Assembly (NCBI RefSeq): GCF_009914755.1
Contig: NC_060927.1
Length of the DNA: 64,000 nt
Reading direction: 5' to 3' (one strand)
Origin: the human T2T-CHM13v2.0 reference genome, Homo sapiens
The translations under genes were made by a program, and so were the position numbers. The notes under the pieces were generated by a model, which ran no database searches, had not been told where the DNA came from, and was given only the letters and a program-made list of their open reading frames with translations. Every line of letters begins with the position of its first letter. Position 1 is the first letter of the stretch. Shown here in pieces: positions 27,465 to 40,216 of this stretch.

Positions 27465-27870
27465 CCTTGTTTAGTGCTTCCTTTGAGCCAAGCCTATGCT
27501 TCATGCTGCCAATGGTACATTATGTATGTGACAGTAAGGACAGGTTTCTGCCTTCATGGGGCTCTGTCAGTGAGGGGAACAAAGAAGTAAACAGACAACA
27601 CAAAAGAATGCGTTGAGTACTCTGAGGAAGTGGAATCTGTGTGGAGCCTGAAAGAAAGGAATAGGCTGGAAAGAGGAGGTTTCAAAAAACAGCAATGTGC
27701 TTAAAGCCTGGAGGCAACAGCTGTGACACACGTAGGAATTGCAGGGTTTGATGTGGCAGCTGCAGTGGGGAGACAGGGCCTAGGGTATAACAAGCCATAA
27801 ATGCCATATTAAGAAGTTTGTTTTCTAAGCATGATGGAGAGGCATTGGAGAATTTTAAGCAAGAGAGTGA
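27465..27870 (-). mobile_element. L2 3' region relic
   Basis: gacaggtttctgccttcatggggctc...catgatggagaggcattggagaattttaagcaagagagtgacacgat. Confidence 0.7.
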
Positions 27871-28003
27871 CACGATGAGGCATGAACTTTATTTATAAAG
27901 AAATGTTTGGAAACAAAAGTGAGGGGAGCAGCAAGAGAGTGACACAACAAGGCATGAACTTTATTTATAAAGAAATTTTTGGAAACAAAAGTAAGGGGAG
28001 CAG
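27858..28003. repeat. 72-bp tandem duplication (2 copies)
   Basis: agcaagagagtgacac...ggcatgaactttatttataaagaaat...ggaaacaaaagt(g/a)aggggagc starts at 27858 and at 27930. Confidence 0.95.
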
Positions 28004-28154
28004 TGAAGGAAGAGATTAGGCTAGTGATATGAGACCAGAAGGGTCAGGGTAGGGAGCAAACTCCACAGTGAAACTCAAGGCTTACATTCCAATCCTACAT
28101 AAAGATTTTGAGCAGCCCTCCCTCGCTGAGGGTCCTGAACTAGCACTCAGAGAT

Positions 28155-28482
28155 GCTTGGTACTCAAAGTGTGGTCCACAGACTAGCAGCATGGGCCTTA
28201 TCCAGTGCTTGCTGGAAATGCAGAATCTCAGCCCTATCTAAGCCTACTGAATCAGAACCTGCATGTTAACAAGCTCTCTGCCTTTCCTGACACAGAAGGG
28301 CGTATAGATGAAAAACACAGCCAGAAAGGTAAAGTGAAAGAGCTGTTTCTTTATTTGCCAAAATCAGGCTCAGCTCCCTTCTCTGGAACATATATGGGCT
28401 TAATTCTCTTAATTATAAAATGTTATGCATGTTGACAAGCTCTCTGGGTCATTTGGACACATGTGAAAGTTGAGAAGCACAG
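28155..28482. mobile_element. MER5A-type hAT-Charlie element interrupted by a 145-bp insertion (28281-28425)
   Basis: ctcaaagtgtggtccacagactagcagcat...cctactgaatcagaacctgcatgttaacaagctctc [insert] ...gaaagttgagaagcac. Confidence 0.88.
28281..28419 (+). repeat. Dispersed direct duplicate of 29369-29506 (about 87% identical by hand alignment)
   Basis: cctttcctgacac...aaaacacagccagaaaggtaaagtg...tgtttctttatttgccaaaa...ttaattataaa is present at both sites. Confidence 0.95.
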
Positions 28483-28929
28483 TTATGCAGAGGATCATAG
28501 GAAAAAGGAGCACAACCCTGTAAGGGCAGGTGCCTAAGGTACAAGCAAGTTAGCTGTGTGGCGCATGATGCATCTTACTGAGTGGATTACGTTCTTCAAG
28601 GAAAGTAGCTCAGAGGCTTGAAAGGATAGGTGGAGCAGCTGAGAAAGCCTGTGAGCTCTTCCACCATGACCCAGCTCATCTGATGAAAGCCAGTGATGGC
28701 TAGATCTGTGTGGCCAGTGTGTCTCTGTGGAAGCCAGGGTGACCAGGCCAACAGCTAAGTTAATGCCAATCTCTGGATAGCCCCACCCCTCCCCACCACG
28801 CTACCTCACAGTCAGCCAAATGTGCATGTGTACCTAAGAAGACTGTTGAAATATGTGTAAGTTCGATCACTGGGATCAATCTGGCTGCCTGTGTAGACCA
28901 GGTACACCAGGCAAAAGACAGTGGGAGCC

Positions 28930-29265
28930 CTACCTAAGGTCAAGGCAGAGGGATAGAGAGTAGGAGACAGATTCTAGGTTACAAAGTTACAGCTGCAAAG
29001 ACTGAGTCAGCTAGTTGTGGTCACGGGCAGGAGTAGGAGGAGGAAGGTAGGGGCTAGTCAAGGTCAGCGTGTTGGGTCCTGCTGCGGTCACTGCCAGGTT
29101 CTTCCATGGCTCCGAAGGTGGACCACAGGAGCTTTCTCCATCCCCAGAAAACCTGTTGTCAGCTCCTCTGAACTCCATCTACTGTGCATGTGGCACTGGA
29201 GGAGTCTGACGTTCCTTAATTAGTGTTGGCAGCAACTACATTTGTTTATGATATTACGTAATCAA
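28930..29265. promoter_or_regulatory. Candidate enhancer (nuclear-receptor, AP-1/ARE and PAR-bZIP motif cluster)
   Basis: TCAAGGTCA 29058-29066, CTAAGGTCA 28934-28942, TGAGTCAGC 29003-29011, ATTACGTAAT 29253-29262; motif evidence only. Confidence 0.4.
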
Positions 29266-30420
29266 ATTTGTATAATTGCTCTTTTATAATCCACTTTAAA
29301 AACCCAAAAACAGCACAGTGCAGGCAGGGAAAGTATGAGCACAGGCCCCTGACATGTCAGCATTCCAGCCTTTCCTGACACGGAAGAGTGTACTGATAGA
29401 AAACACAGCCAGAAAGGTAAAGTGGAAGACCTGTTTCTTTATTTGCCAAAACAGGCCTGGCTCCCTTCTCTGGGACATACCTGGGCCTAATTCTGTTAAT
29501 TATAAAGAGATAGAAAGTTCAGGATCCCAGGAGACAGGAACCCACCAAAGGGTTTCGGTCTTTTTTATTTTTTTTTTCTCTTACAGTTACAGTACCATCC
29601 AGATATGGTTCTTGCCATTTAGTCCTCTAAGACTTGTGGGATTCCTTGATTGAGTGACACTTCTGGAGCTCCCAAGGGCTGCTTAGTGATGTGTGTGAAC
29701 TGTTAGGGCTGTGCTCAAAGCCCTGAGAAGGCCTTTGTTGGGGTCAGTTGGGTGACATTTCACAGGGGTCAGGAAGTCATGTTTTGCCTCCTTTGGAATT
29801 TTCCTTGGGGTAAAAATTGTGGGTCCCTTACCTAATTTGGTCATATTTCTCTCTGTTCTTTTGTAGAAATAATAACATAGGAAGGAGAGACTCTTTACAA
29901 AATATTTGCAGACTTCTCATGTTCTCGACTTCCATTGCACATACATGACATAATCTGAGAAGAGATGCAGATCCTTGCAAACTTTAAAGAGTTATAAGAA
30001 ATAGTCAAATTACTAATTTTTGCTTCCTGCAAGAAGAAAAAATCATTACATATATGAGTGAGGGGATTCTGCACCAGAGAAAGTACTTTTAGGAGAGTTT
30101 CCCAAACAAATTTATAAGAATGGCTCTCAATCTAGGCTTCATGGTGACTTCAGGGTTCTATGAACTCTCTAAAGTAATTGTGTGTATATTTGCATATGTG
30201 CATTTGTACATTTTTATGGGAAGCAGAACCATGTCATTTATGAAATTTCAAAGGCTAGGATTAAAAATAGCTGAAGAAACTTAGAGATTTTTAACAATTT
30301 TAAATTTATGAAGAGCCTGTGTGTGTATCCTATGTGGTCCTCATCTCTGTCATCTCTGTTAATGAGGAAGGACAGAGACCATTATCTACAGTTTACAGTG
30401 AGAAAATCTAGGCATACAGA

Positions 30421-31594
30421 TGCAGAAGATTGAAACTGGACTCCTTCCTTCTACCATATATAAAAATCAACTCAAAATGGATTAAAGACTTAAATGTAAA
30501 ATCTAAAACTGTACAAACCCTAGAAGAAAACCTAGGAAATACCATTTAGGACCTCAGTCCTGGAAAAATTTTATAATGAAGACTCCAAAAGAAATTGCAG
30601 CAAACACAAAAATTGACAAGAGGGACTTAAACTAAAGACTTCTGCACAGCACAAGTAAACAGACAACCTACAAAATGGGAGAAAATATTTGCAAACTATG
30701 CATCCAACAAAGGTGTAATATCCAGAATCTATAAGAAACTTAAATCAACAAACAAAAAACAACCCCATTACAAAATGGGCAAAGGATATGAACAGACACT
30801 TCTCAAAAGAAGACATACATGTGGCTGATAAGCACATGAAAATTGCTTCATATCAGTAATCATTAGGGAAATATAAATCAAAACCAGAATGAGATACCAT
30901 CTCACACCAGTCAGAATGGCTATGATTTAAAAGCAAAAAAATAACAGGTGCTAGTGAGATTGTGGAGAGAAGGGAATGCTTATACGCTGCTGGTGGGAAT
31001 GTAAATTAGTTCAGCCATCGTGGAAAGCAGTTTGGAGATTTCTCAATGAACTTAAAAGAGAACTAACATTTGACCCAGCAATCTCACATATGGGCATACA
31101 CCCAAAAGAAAAGAAATCATTCTACCATAAAGACACATGCAGTGTATGTTCATTGCAGCACTGTTCACTACAGCAAAGACATGGAATCAACCTAGATGCC
31201 CATCAACAGTGGACTGGATAAAGAAAATGTGGTACATATACACAGAGGAATACTTCACAGACATAAAAAACGACAAATCATGTCCTTAACATAGAAACAG
31301 AAAACCAAATACTGCATGTTGTCACTTATAAGTGGGAGCTAAGTATTGAGTACACGTAGACACAAGGCAGCAATAGACACTGGGACCTACTTGAGGTTGG
31401 AGGGTGGGAGGAGAGTGAGGAATGAAAACTACATTTTGGGTATTAGGCTATTATCTGTGTAACAAAATTACCTGTACACCAAACCCCCATGACCATGACA
31501 TGCAATTTACCCATATACCAAACCTGCACATATACCCCTTGAACCTAAAATAAAAGTTGGAAAAAAAAGAATTTTACTAAAAAGGAATTTTTTT
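30421..31594 (+). mobile_element. 5'-truncated L1PA (L1PA15/16-like), ORF2 end plus 3' UTR, inserted in a MIR
   Basis: ORF2 relic CWWECKLVQPSWKAVWRFL, AATAAA and A-tail near 31548-31568, diverged TSD aaatctaggcata (30404-30416) and aaatttaggcata (31595-31607). Confidence 0.93.
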
Positions 31595-32796
31595 AAATTT
31601 AGGCATAGAAATGTCTAGGGCTTGTTGATCCTATGCCTCTTGATCCTTAGAAACTGGACATATAACCAGGGTGCTGACACTTTTTTCAACTCTAGCACAA
31701 GCTTTGAGGACAGAAATTATTGGCTCTATCTACATAACCCAGGACATTTTGGAATACTACGATCCTCAAATGCTGAATCTAACAAATTGATTTTTGTGTG
31801 TATAAGCCACGCCTCTGCCAATCCAAATATTCCCTTTTCCCACATTTTTCTGATGTGAGGGTCATGGATAGTGTGAGATAACAAAGCTATTTCTAGGTCA
31901 AGGTTAGTCCTAGGTATGGCAGCTGAAGAACAAGAGAGGCCTTTCTTCAAAACATCCATGCAGCCTCCTCTCCCATCCTTCACCCCACTACTTTCCTAAA
32001 GATTGGGGCCCCTCCTTTCAAAATGTAGATGCCCATCTCTCTTTGATGTTTGCCTAACATTTAGACATTAAACTACCTTTTGAGTCACACTGCCCCAAAA
32101 AGCAACCTATGGAATTCTGTGTTTTTTCATTCATGATCAAACTAGTCCCCTGTGGAAAATATGTCTTTGAATGGTTGCAGACTGTTCCAACCTATGGTGG
32201 AAGTCTGATATTTCACTTCACTGAGGTTTATAAAAGGAATATCAGCACATCCACCTCACTGGGTTATTTGTGCAGATTTAATGAGATAAAATGAGAAAAT
32301 GCCATTGCTATGCCTGGCACAGAGTAGGGCCTCAAAAATAGTTGTTTACCTTGGCAACCTTCAGAATTAGTTTCAGATTGATATTTCCATTCTCTGTCAT
32401 CCCCACTTTACATCACAGAAGAACATATTTGGACCTGACATTCTAGGAAAGGAGTGTTCCTCAAGGTTTTATGGTACTTCCTTTTTGAACTGGGGTGTCC
32501 CCAGGATAAAAAATTTCTGATTGAGACTTCTATTTGATTCGGTTCAACAGAAAGACAGCCCAATAAATATCATTAACTAAAATATCATCAGGACCATTGC
32601 ATAACGTTTATAATGCATTGAGGTTTTTTGGTTTTTGTTTTTTAAATTTACATTCTGATTCAAGAAGTAGCAGTCTTTCCAAGCCAGTGCACACTAGGCA
32701 CTTGTTTGCTCTATGCTAACTCTATGCTGGGAAGTCTGGCTGGGAAGACAAACTTAAAACACAGGAGAGCAATGTGTGTATAGAAAGGCATACATA

Positions 32797-32837
32797 GGCC
32801 GGGCGCGATGGCTCACGCTTGTAATCCCAGCACTTTG
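32797..32837 (+). mobile_element. 41-bp Alu 5' stub
   Basis: ggccgggcgcgatggctcacgcttgtaatcccagcactttg, followed by non-Alu sequence. Confidence 0.92.
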
Positions 32838-33349
32838 AATGGGCACTTAATATTTTTTTAAAAAACAAATTTGTTCATGAAACTGAATCAGTGTTCACCA
32901 GAGTGACTGAAAAGGGATATTAGGGATCACCTTCAAACTTGTAAAGCAAATATGCTTTATGCTAATGAAGGCCCCTACAATAATTAAATGTATGCTCCAT
33001 AAATAGCCCTTGGTGCATGCTACATGTGGAAAAGTCTCTGGAGATCATTTAGGGGATTAAATTTATCTAATAAGTAAAAGTATTTAGGTGAAAAGTGGAA
33101 AATCATGACACTGTGGACAAGACATAAGCAACAGTAACACAGCCTGCCCATGTAATGAAAAAAGTCTTGTATTTGGAGAAAGTGATAGAGAAAAATTGGC
33201 TATGGATCACATGTGTTATGACAGCATCTTCTTCTATCTTAAATTGACTATTGTTCAGTTATTTATAGAGAAGAAAATTTAAATAACCAGTATTTTCACT
33301 GGGAAAGAGCAGTAAGCACTGTTAGTATTCCCTGCCTATTTCTTTCTGG

Positions 33350-33351
<2 letters not shown>

Positions 33352-33391
<40 letters not shown>
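33352..33391. repeat. (GT)20 microsatellite
   Basis: Direct reading. Confidence 0.98.
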
Positions 33392-33392
<1 letters not shown>

Positions 33393-33399
33393 TGCTATG

Positions 33400-33950
33400 A
33401 GATCACATTCTATGTACACAATTATTTTTCCGTATAATATTAAAGAATTTCTCGGTCATTAAAAATGTCTTGAAAATGTGTTTTTAATGGTTGCAAACTG
33501 TTCTGACACATTGATGTGTCATAATTTAATTAACAATTCTGCTGGGCATGTAGGTTGTTTCTAATCTTTGCTGATATAAACATAAATATTAAAAATGGCA
33601 TTGTCATGATTTTTTGTGCTCAAAGATCAATCTCTAGTTCAGATTCTTTCCTTAAGATAAAGTCCCAATAGACAAATAACTGGGTCAAAAGATATAAACA
33701 TAGTTAAGGCTCTTCACATATATTCTTTTCAGAGTTGTCATTTTGCATTTCTACTAACTGTGTTCAGTTACCTTTCCTTTCATGAAATCCTGCCAATACT
33801 AAATGTTATTATGTATTATTTTTTCTATCTTGGTGGCAAAATTATCTCATTTCTGTTTTAATTTGTTATTCTTTAATGATTGAGCATTTTTCCTAAGGCT
33901 TAATGGCATTTTTAATTTTCTTTTTTACACATTCTATCTTCATAGCTTTT
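33400..33950 (-). mobile_element. Ancient L1ME-like 3' fragment
   Basis: gggcatgtaggttgtttctaatctttgctgatataaac; aataactgggtcaaaagatataaaca; ttatctcatttctgttttaatttg. Confidence 0.65.
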
Positions 33951-34981
33951 TCAGCCCGCTTTTATTGTGCTAACCTCCCTTTAGTAAAGTTATTTAAACA
34001 GACCTTAGGATTAAGCAAAGGAAGCCCTTTGTGGAAACTTCCATCTTCCAATTTGCTAATTCCAGATGCGCATTGACTTTCTTAGAGACATATGTAGCTG
34101 AAGTTACTTTAATACTTTGTGCTTGGGTCAAATATTTATACACAGGTTTTTAATTTGACAGCTAATCCATGGCCGGGCTTTGGGAAGGCATTATTTCCTT
34201 CATGTGGCCGTAGATAATGGAAAAGGTCATTTCCAATTCATTTGTCTTTCTCTTTTTCATCTTCTGGCTCTCCTTAGTCAAATCCTTGGAAAAGCAGTGA
34301 ATGTGTCACAATGAGAATGAGAAGTCATGTTTTTGATAGGAAGTGTGTCATTTCCCATTTGCTGCTGTGATATGTATTTGCTCAAAGCTGAAGGAAGGAT
34401 AAATTTTCTACTTGCAGTTAAATTCTATAACTTCCTTCTTATTAATCTTTTCCCCCCTCTTTTAATGTCTTTTGTGGAAACTTCATCTTAATATCTTTGA
34501 ACCGTTTTTTATGGGGCACAAGACCTCTTCGGGTTTTAACAATATGTTGGAAATTTCCATCATTCTGACACTGGCCATATAATTATCAGACACTTGCCAT
34601 ATGATTGTAAAACTCTCTGATGACAGGGTGTACTTAAAAAGAGACATCTGTGGAATTATCTTTATTTTCAAAACCTGTTTACAATATCTACTTTCCCAGT
34701 GTGGAAAATCATGTATATATGCAGATATGTAAGTCATGTATAGGTATATAACATCATGACTGCTTATGTGGAGCAGACACAGCAATACATGGACATATTT
34801 TTGGCAGTAAAACATGCCAAGTTTGGTGTCTATACCATGCTCTTGACTCACACATTTGGATCAATCCTTTTTATACTTTTATCTTAGCCTCCATGTATTT
34901 TTTTTTAAAAGACAAAATTTTAATTTTTTTCTTTAAATCTTTATCAAGAATAATTGATTGAAAAAAAAAAAGCTGCACATG

Positions 34982-35377
<396 letters not shown>

Positions 35378-35724
35378 CTATATCCTGAAAAGTTTTCCCT
35401 TGCCTCTTTGTAAGCCTTCCCTCCCACCTTTTCAAACCCCATCTACCCGACAGGCAACTAATGATCTGATTTCTGACCCTATAGATTATTTTCTATTTTC
35501 CAAAATCTTATATAAATGTAATTATACACTATATATTCTGGCATCTTTCACTCAGCATCATAATTTGGGGATTCATCCATGTTTTAGGATAGGTGAGTTC
35601 ATTTTTTTAATTGATAAGTAATATTCCATTGTATGGATATGCCTGAATTATTTGTTCATAGATGAGGTGGTCTATTAATAAAGACAGATCTGTGTACTTT
35701 GTTCTAATAAAAATATCTTTTACC

Positions 35725-35930
35725 CAAACAGGAGAACAGTAGACACCAGGAGCCTACTTGAGGGTGGAGGGTGGGAAGAGGATGAGGGTTGAAAAACTTT
35801 CTGGTACTATGCTCACTACCTGGGTGATGAAATCAGTTGTACACCAAATCCCAGTGACATGCAATTTACCCATGTAACAAACCTGCCCATGTACCCCTTG
35901 AACCTAAAATAAAAGGTGAAAAAGAAATAT
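35725..35930 (+). mobile_element. Short L1PA (PA15/16-like) 3' end
   Basis: cctacttgagggtggagggtgggaagagg...atgcaatttacccatgtaacaaacctgcccatgtaccccttgaacctaaaataaaag. Confidence 0.88.
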
Positions 35931-37949
35931 ATATATATATATATTATATATAAAATACTGTACACCATACAAAATTAAAATAAATGTATTTTATTTCTTT
36001 TCTTGCCATATTACACTATCTTCAGGACCTTGAGAACGGTTAAACGGAATGGTGAGGGCAGACATTCTTACCTTTTTCCTGATCTTAGGAACTATCACTG
36101 TGTCTTACACCATTAAGTATGATATTAGAAGTAGGGTTTTCCCAGATGCTCTTTATGAGGTTGAGGAATCTTTTTTCTATTTTTAGTTTCCTAAGAGTTT
36201 TCTAACAGCCCAACTGCTCCTAAAGGAGGGTACTGGATTTTGTCAAATTATTTTTCTACATCTAATATAAAAAGTTATATGGTTTTTATTTTTTAGTCTG
36301 TTAATATGGTAAATTACATTGATTTAGACTTTAGAACAATTTCAGAGTTATAGAAAAATTGAGAAGGCAGTACAGTTTTCATATACCCCATATCCAGTTT
36401 TTTTATTCATAGCTTACTGTAGTATGATGCATTAATTACAACTAATAATGATACGCTATTATCAACTAACATCTATAGTTTATTTAGATTTTATTAATGT
36501 TTTTCTAATGTTCTTTTTCTGTTCCAGGGTCTCACTTAGGCTACCATATCACATGTAGTTGCCATATCTCTTTAGGCTTCTCTTGGCTGTAGTAGTTTCT
36601 CAGGCTTTCCTTCTTTTGGTGACCCTGACAGTTTTGAGAAGTTTTGCTCAGTCAGGTGTTTTGTAGGGTGTCCCTTATTGGAATTTATCTGATAGTTTTT
36701 CTCATGGTAAAAACTGGTTTATGGGTTATGAGAGTAAAACCACAGGGGTGAGGTACCCCTTTTCATCATGTTAAGTAAAGGATATGTAATATCATCATAA
36801 CTTACTACCATTGCTGTTAAACTAGGTCGTCTGGCTCAGGAAGTGTTTGTTAGGTCTCCTCGCTATAAAGTTACTCATTTTTCCCTGCCCTCTTTTCTTA
36901 ATACAGTGTTTGGAAATGACTATACATAACCCACACCTTCTTGGGGGTTATGCATTACCTTCTTGAGGGAAGAATATTTACATAAATTATTTGTAATGTT
37001 TCTGCCCAGGAGATTTGTCTGTTCTTCATTTCCTTCTATATTTAATCATTTATTTTTGCCAGTATTGATTCATGGATATTTATTTAATAGTTTGGATTAT
37101 AATTCAGTACTACTTTATTTTACACTGTTGCTTAGATGGTTAACAGCTATGGCCATGGGAGACATTTTTATTTGGCTCCTGTTTCCCTTTAATATATCCC
37201 CATCACTGTCTTTTGGTTTTTGGGTTTTATTGAACACTTCTTTATTTTTTGGCACCGCAAGATACTCCAGGCTCATCTTCTGTATTCCCTACCCAAGTCT
37301 TAGAATAAACTGCTTCTCCAAGGAGCCCTGGTTCTTTTTATTGGAGACTGGTATTAGAAACCAAGAGCTGGGTGCTACGTGTACTTGCTGCTACTAGGGA
37401 ATCATTGCTTCTATTTTCTCTCAATTGACAAGGTGAGAAATGTTTACTATGTATACTAGCCTGTTATATACATATCTACATATTGTACGTGTGTGTGTGT
37501 GTTACTATCTGCGTCTATAAGCTAAACATGAGTTTGTACTGATGTCTTCCATTCTAATGCACTAACACATGGATCATTGTAGCCACCTTCTCTTGCTTCT
37601 CTGTAAGCTCTCCAACAGTAGGAGACCTGGTTCCTAACATCCACCATTAATTTACTTAATGCCCACCTTCTATTTTTTTATGGCTTATCTTAGCTACCAA
37701 AATGTTTTTGGAGCTTGATCTGCCAGTTATCATTAATACTGAGAATTATTTCAAGGTCAATCTTACCACCAGGCTAATTAGTATGATGCCATAAAAAGTA
37801 CAGATTTTAGAGTTGTCCTGTCCTGCTCAATTAGCTGTGTGACCTTAGTTTAGTTTCTTAACTTTCCTGAAGCTTAGTTTTTTGATTTGGGAAATGAGAT
37901 TACAATAGAACCTTGGCAGGGTTTTGTGTTTATATTTACTGTGTTTATA

Positions 37950-39000
37950 AGCATGTTTATGTGCTGCTGGAAATGAGCCAGTAGAATATGAAAAAAAGTA
38001 TAAACTAGAAGCTAGAGTAGCTGGTGGTTGGCAATCAAGCTCAGCATGTGAGTGGTGAAGCTGGCCTTCCAGAGGAATGAAGACATTGTTCCACCCATAG
38101 GATGCCAGTCAGCATGGCTTTCAATGGCTTTCCCAGCATGTTCAACTGCCCAGGGGCAGGCATGGCACAAGAGAGGGCTTATCCATGGGTGCTGTTTGGC
38201 CTGAGGTAAAAGAGAGAGGAGTGTAAGAAAGTTAAAGATGTTCGAAATGAAATTATTTTTTATGATGAATTATGAACTCTAACTGGAGTGAATGTGAAGA
38301 AGTAATATTGTTGATGGGGAGTGAAAAAGTGGCAAGATGAATGGATTATATGTTTCATGGGGCCCATAGATTAGTGGTAATTGTTTTAGTAAAGAAAGTG
38401 AAGTGGAATTTCAGGTGATGGTGCAATAAGAGAAGACTGACTGGTATCTACATTATGAAGGTAGTGCAGTTTTCAGGGAAGATAGGACCTTTGGTATGGC
38501 CATGAGAATGAGTGGCTGGGAAATGATGAGAGTAAAGGTTTTTGGTCTGGAAGCAGTCAACAAAGAGCCCAGGATGTAGGACAGATTCTCCAGTAGAATG
38601 TTGACATTATGAAGAATGGGGACAGTAAGAAGTATGGCAAAGAAAATGGTAAGCCAGGACCGGACCTCTTCAGAGAAAGAAAGGGATCACTGGGAGGTCA
38701 ATGGAGGAAACACAAGGAGGACAGTGAGTTATTCAGATTTGCAGGATGAACTTGAAATGAGCCAGGATTTTTGAAGAAGAACAAATGGTTTGGAGTGTTC
38801 CTGAGGTACTTGACCGTTCCCCACATCCCCCCCAAAAAAACCCCCAAGAGCAAGCAAACAAAAAAACATTACCCAATGAGAAGACTGCAAGGGAAGTAGT
38901 GTCCTCAGAGGATAGCCTGGCTTAGTCAGAGGAAGAAAAAGAAGGGGTTATTCAGAGAAGTGAAGGATATATGATGGTCAAGTACTGACAAAACCTCCAG
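37950..39000 (-). mobile_element. Probable L2 internal relic (purine-rich on the + strand), preceded by a MIR at about 37800-37930
   Basis: gaatgttgacattatgaagaatgggg...aagccaggaccggacctcttcagagaaag; highly diverged. Confidence 0.5.
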
Positions 39001-39715
39001 TTGCAGAAACAACTGTGGAAATATTTGGGAGAATGGGAACTTGGTTCATGTTAGGAAATGTAGGGGACCTATATGTGGAGATTAGTGAGGGTGATAAGAG
39101 ATGAGGTGGGACACTTGGGCTGAAGTAATCAGGGCCATGTGGAATGGTGGGATTGGTCCTAATGGGTTACAGGCACCCAGCTGGAAGATGTTGAAGAGGT
39201 TGGCCACTGGCTCACCCCCATGGGGTTCACTGGTTGCTCACTCAGGCAGGTTGTGGGGTGTATTGCTCTAGAAGGAGGGCCCTAAGCTTTGGGCAATGAA
39301 GTCTTTGTAGCTTCATCTGTGAAAAACAGGGAGCCTAATTACCAGTTAACCAGATTTAATGAAACATATGCATAGTACCAAATATTATTTGTACTACAGA
39401 GTAGATGCTCCCCAAAAAACTTACATCTCTTCCCTTTTTCTTGTTTGGCTGCAGGTAAATAAATGTCTTTGTGTCCAGTGACTTAGAACAACTAGCTCAA
39501 CCTATGTATTCAATTTCTATAAAATTGGGTCCTTATTAAAACAAAAAAATATTCATATTAATTACTTATTGGTAATTCCAGTAGGGAGAAACATCCTTGA
39601 AAGAAAGTTTACAGTTGAACTCTTGATAGTCTGAAAACAACTGGAGCTGAAGTCCTCCAGGCATTTGTTATAAGTACCATATTTAATATTTTCATTCCCT
39701 ATTGTATAATCATAC

Positions 39716-40154
39716 ACAGTGTTCATTATTTACAAATATTTGTGAATTAGCCTACTTACTATAAATTATCTGTACTCTCACTATCAAACTTGGGTGTTTT
39801 CACAGTTATTTGTAGGCATGTGCAGAGTGGTGAAAAATTTAAGGTACCCAACAATGTGTTTGTTCCCAGCTGAGGTCAAACGAGGTGATGCTCTGGCTTT
39901 TTGTTTCCATCTCTCATACTGTAAATAAATGTCCTTTTCCTGGTCTATTTAGTGCCACATGTTTTTCACTTTTATACTTTTTGTTGATGATTTTGCTGTT
40001 TAAAATGGCCTCCCAAGCATAGTACTGAAACACTGTCTTGTGTTTCTAAGTACAAGAAGGCTGTGATTTGCCTTCTGGAGAAAAGCATGTGTCAGGTAAG
40101 CTTAGTTCAGGCATGAGTTACAGAGCTGTTGCTGTGAGTTCAAGGTTAATGAAT

Positions 40155-40216
<62 letters not shown>

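Noticed and set aside
27178-27504. (KGKER)n ORF and possible identity with the RFC1 repeat locus
   Set aside because: It is a translation of (AAAGG)n. The RFC1 repeat sits in an Alu tail, whereas this one adjoins an L2 relic.
30976-31221. 81-aa ORF with CWWECKLVQP
   Set aside because: L1 ORF2 C-terminal relic in a 5'-truncated, mutated copy
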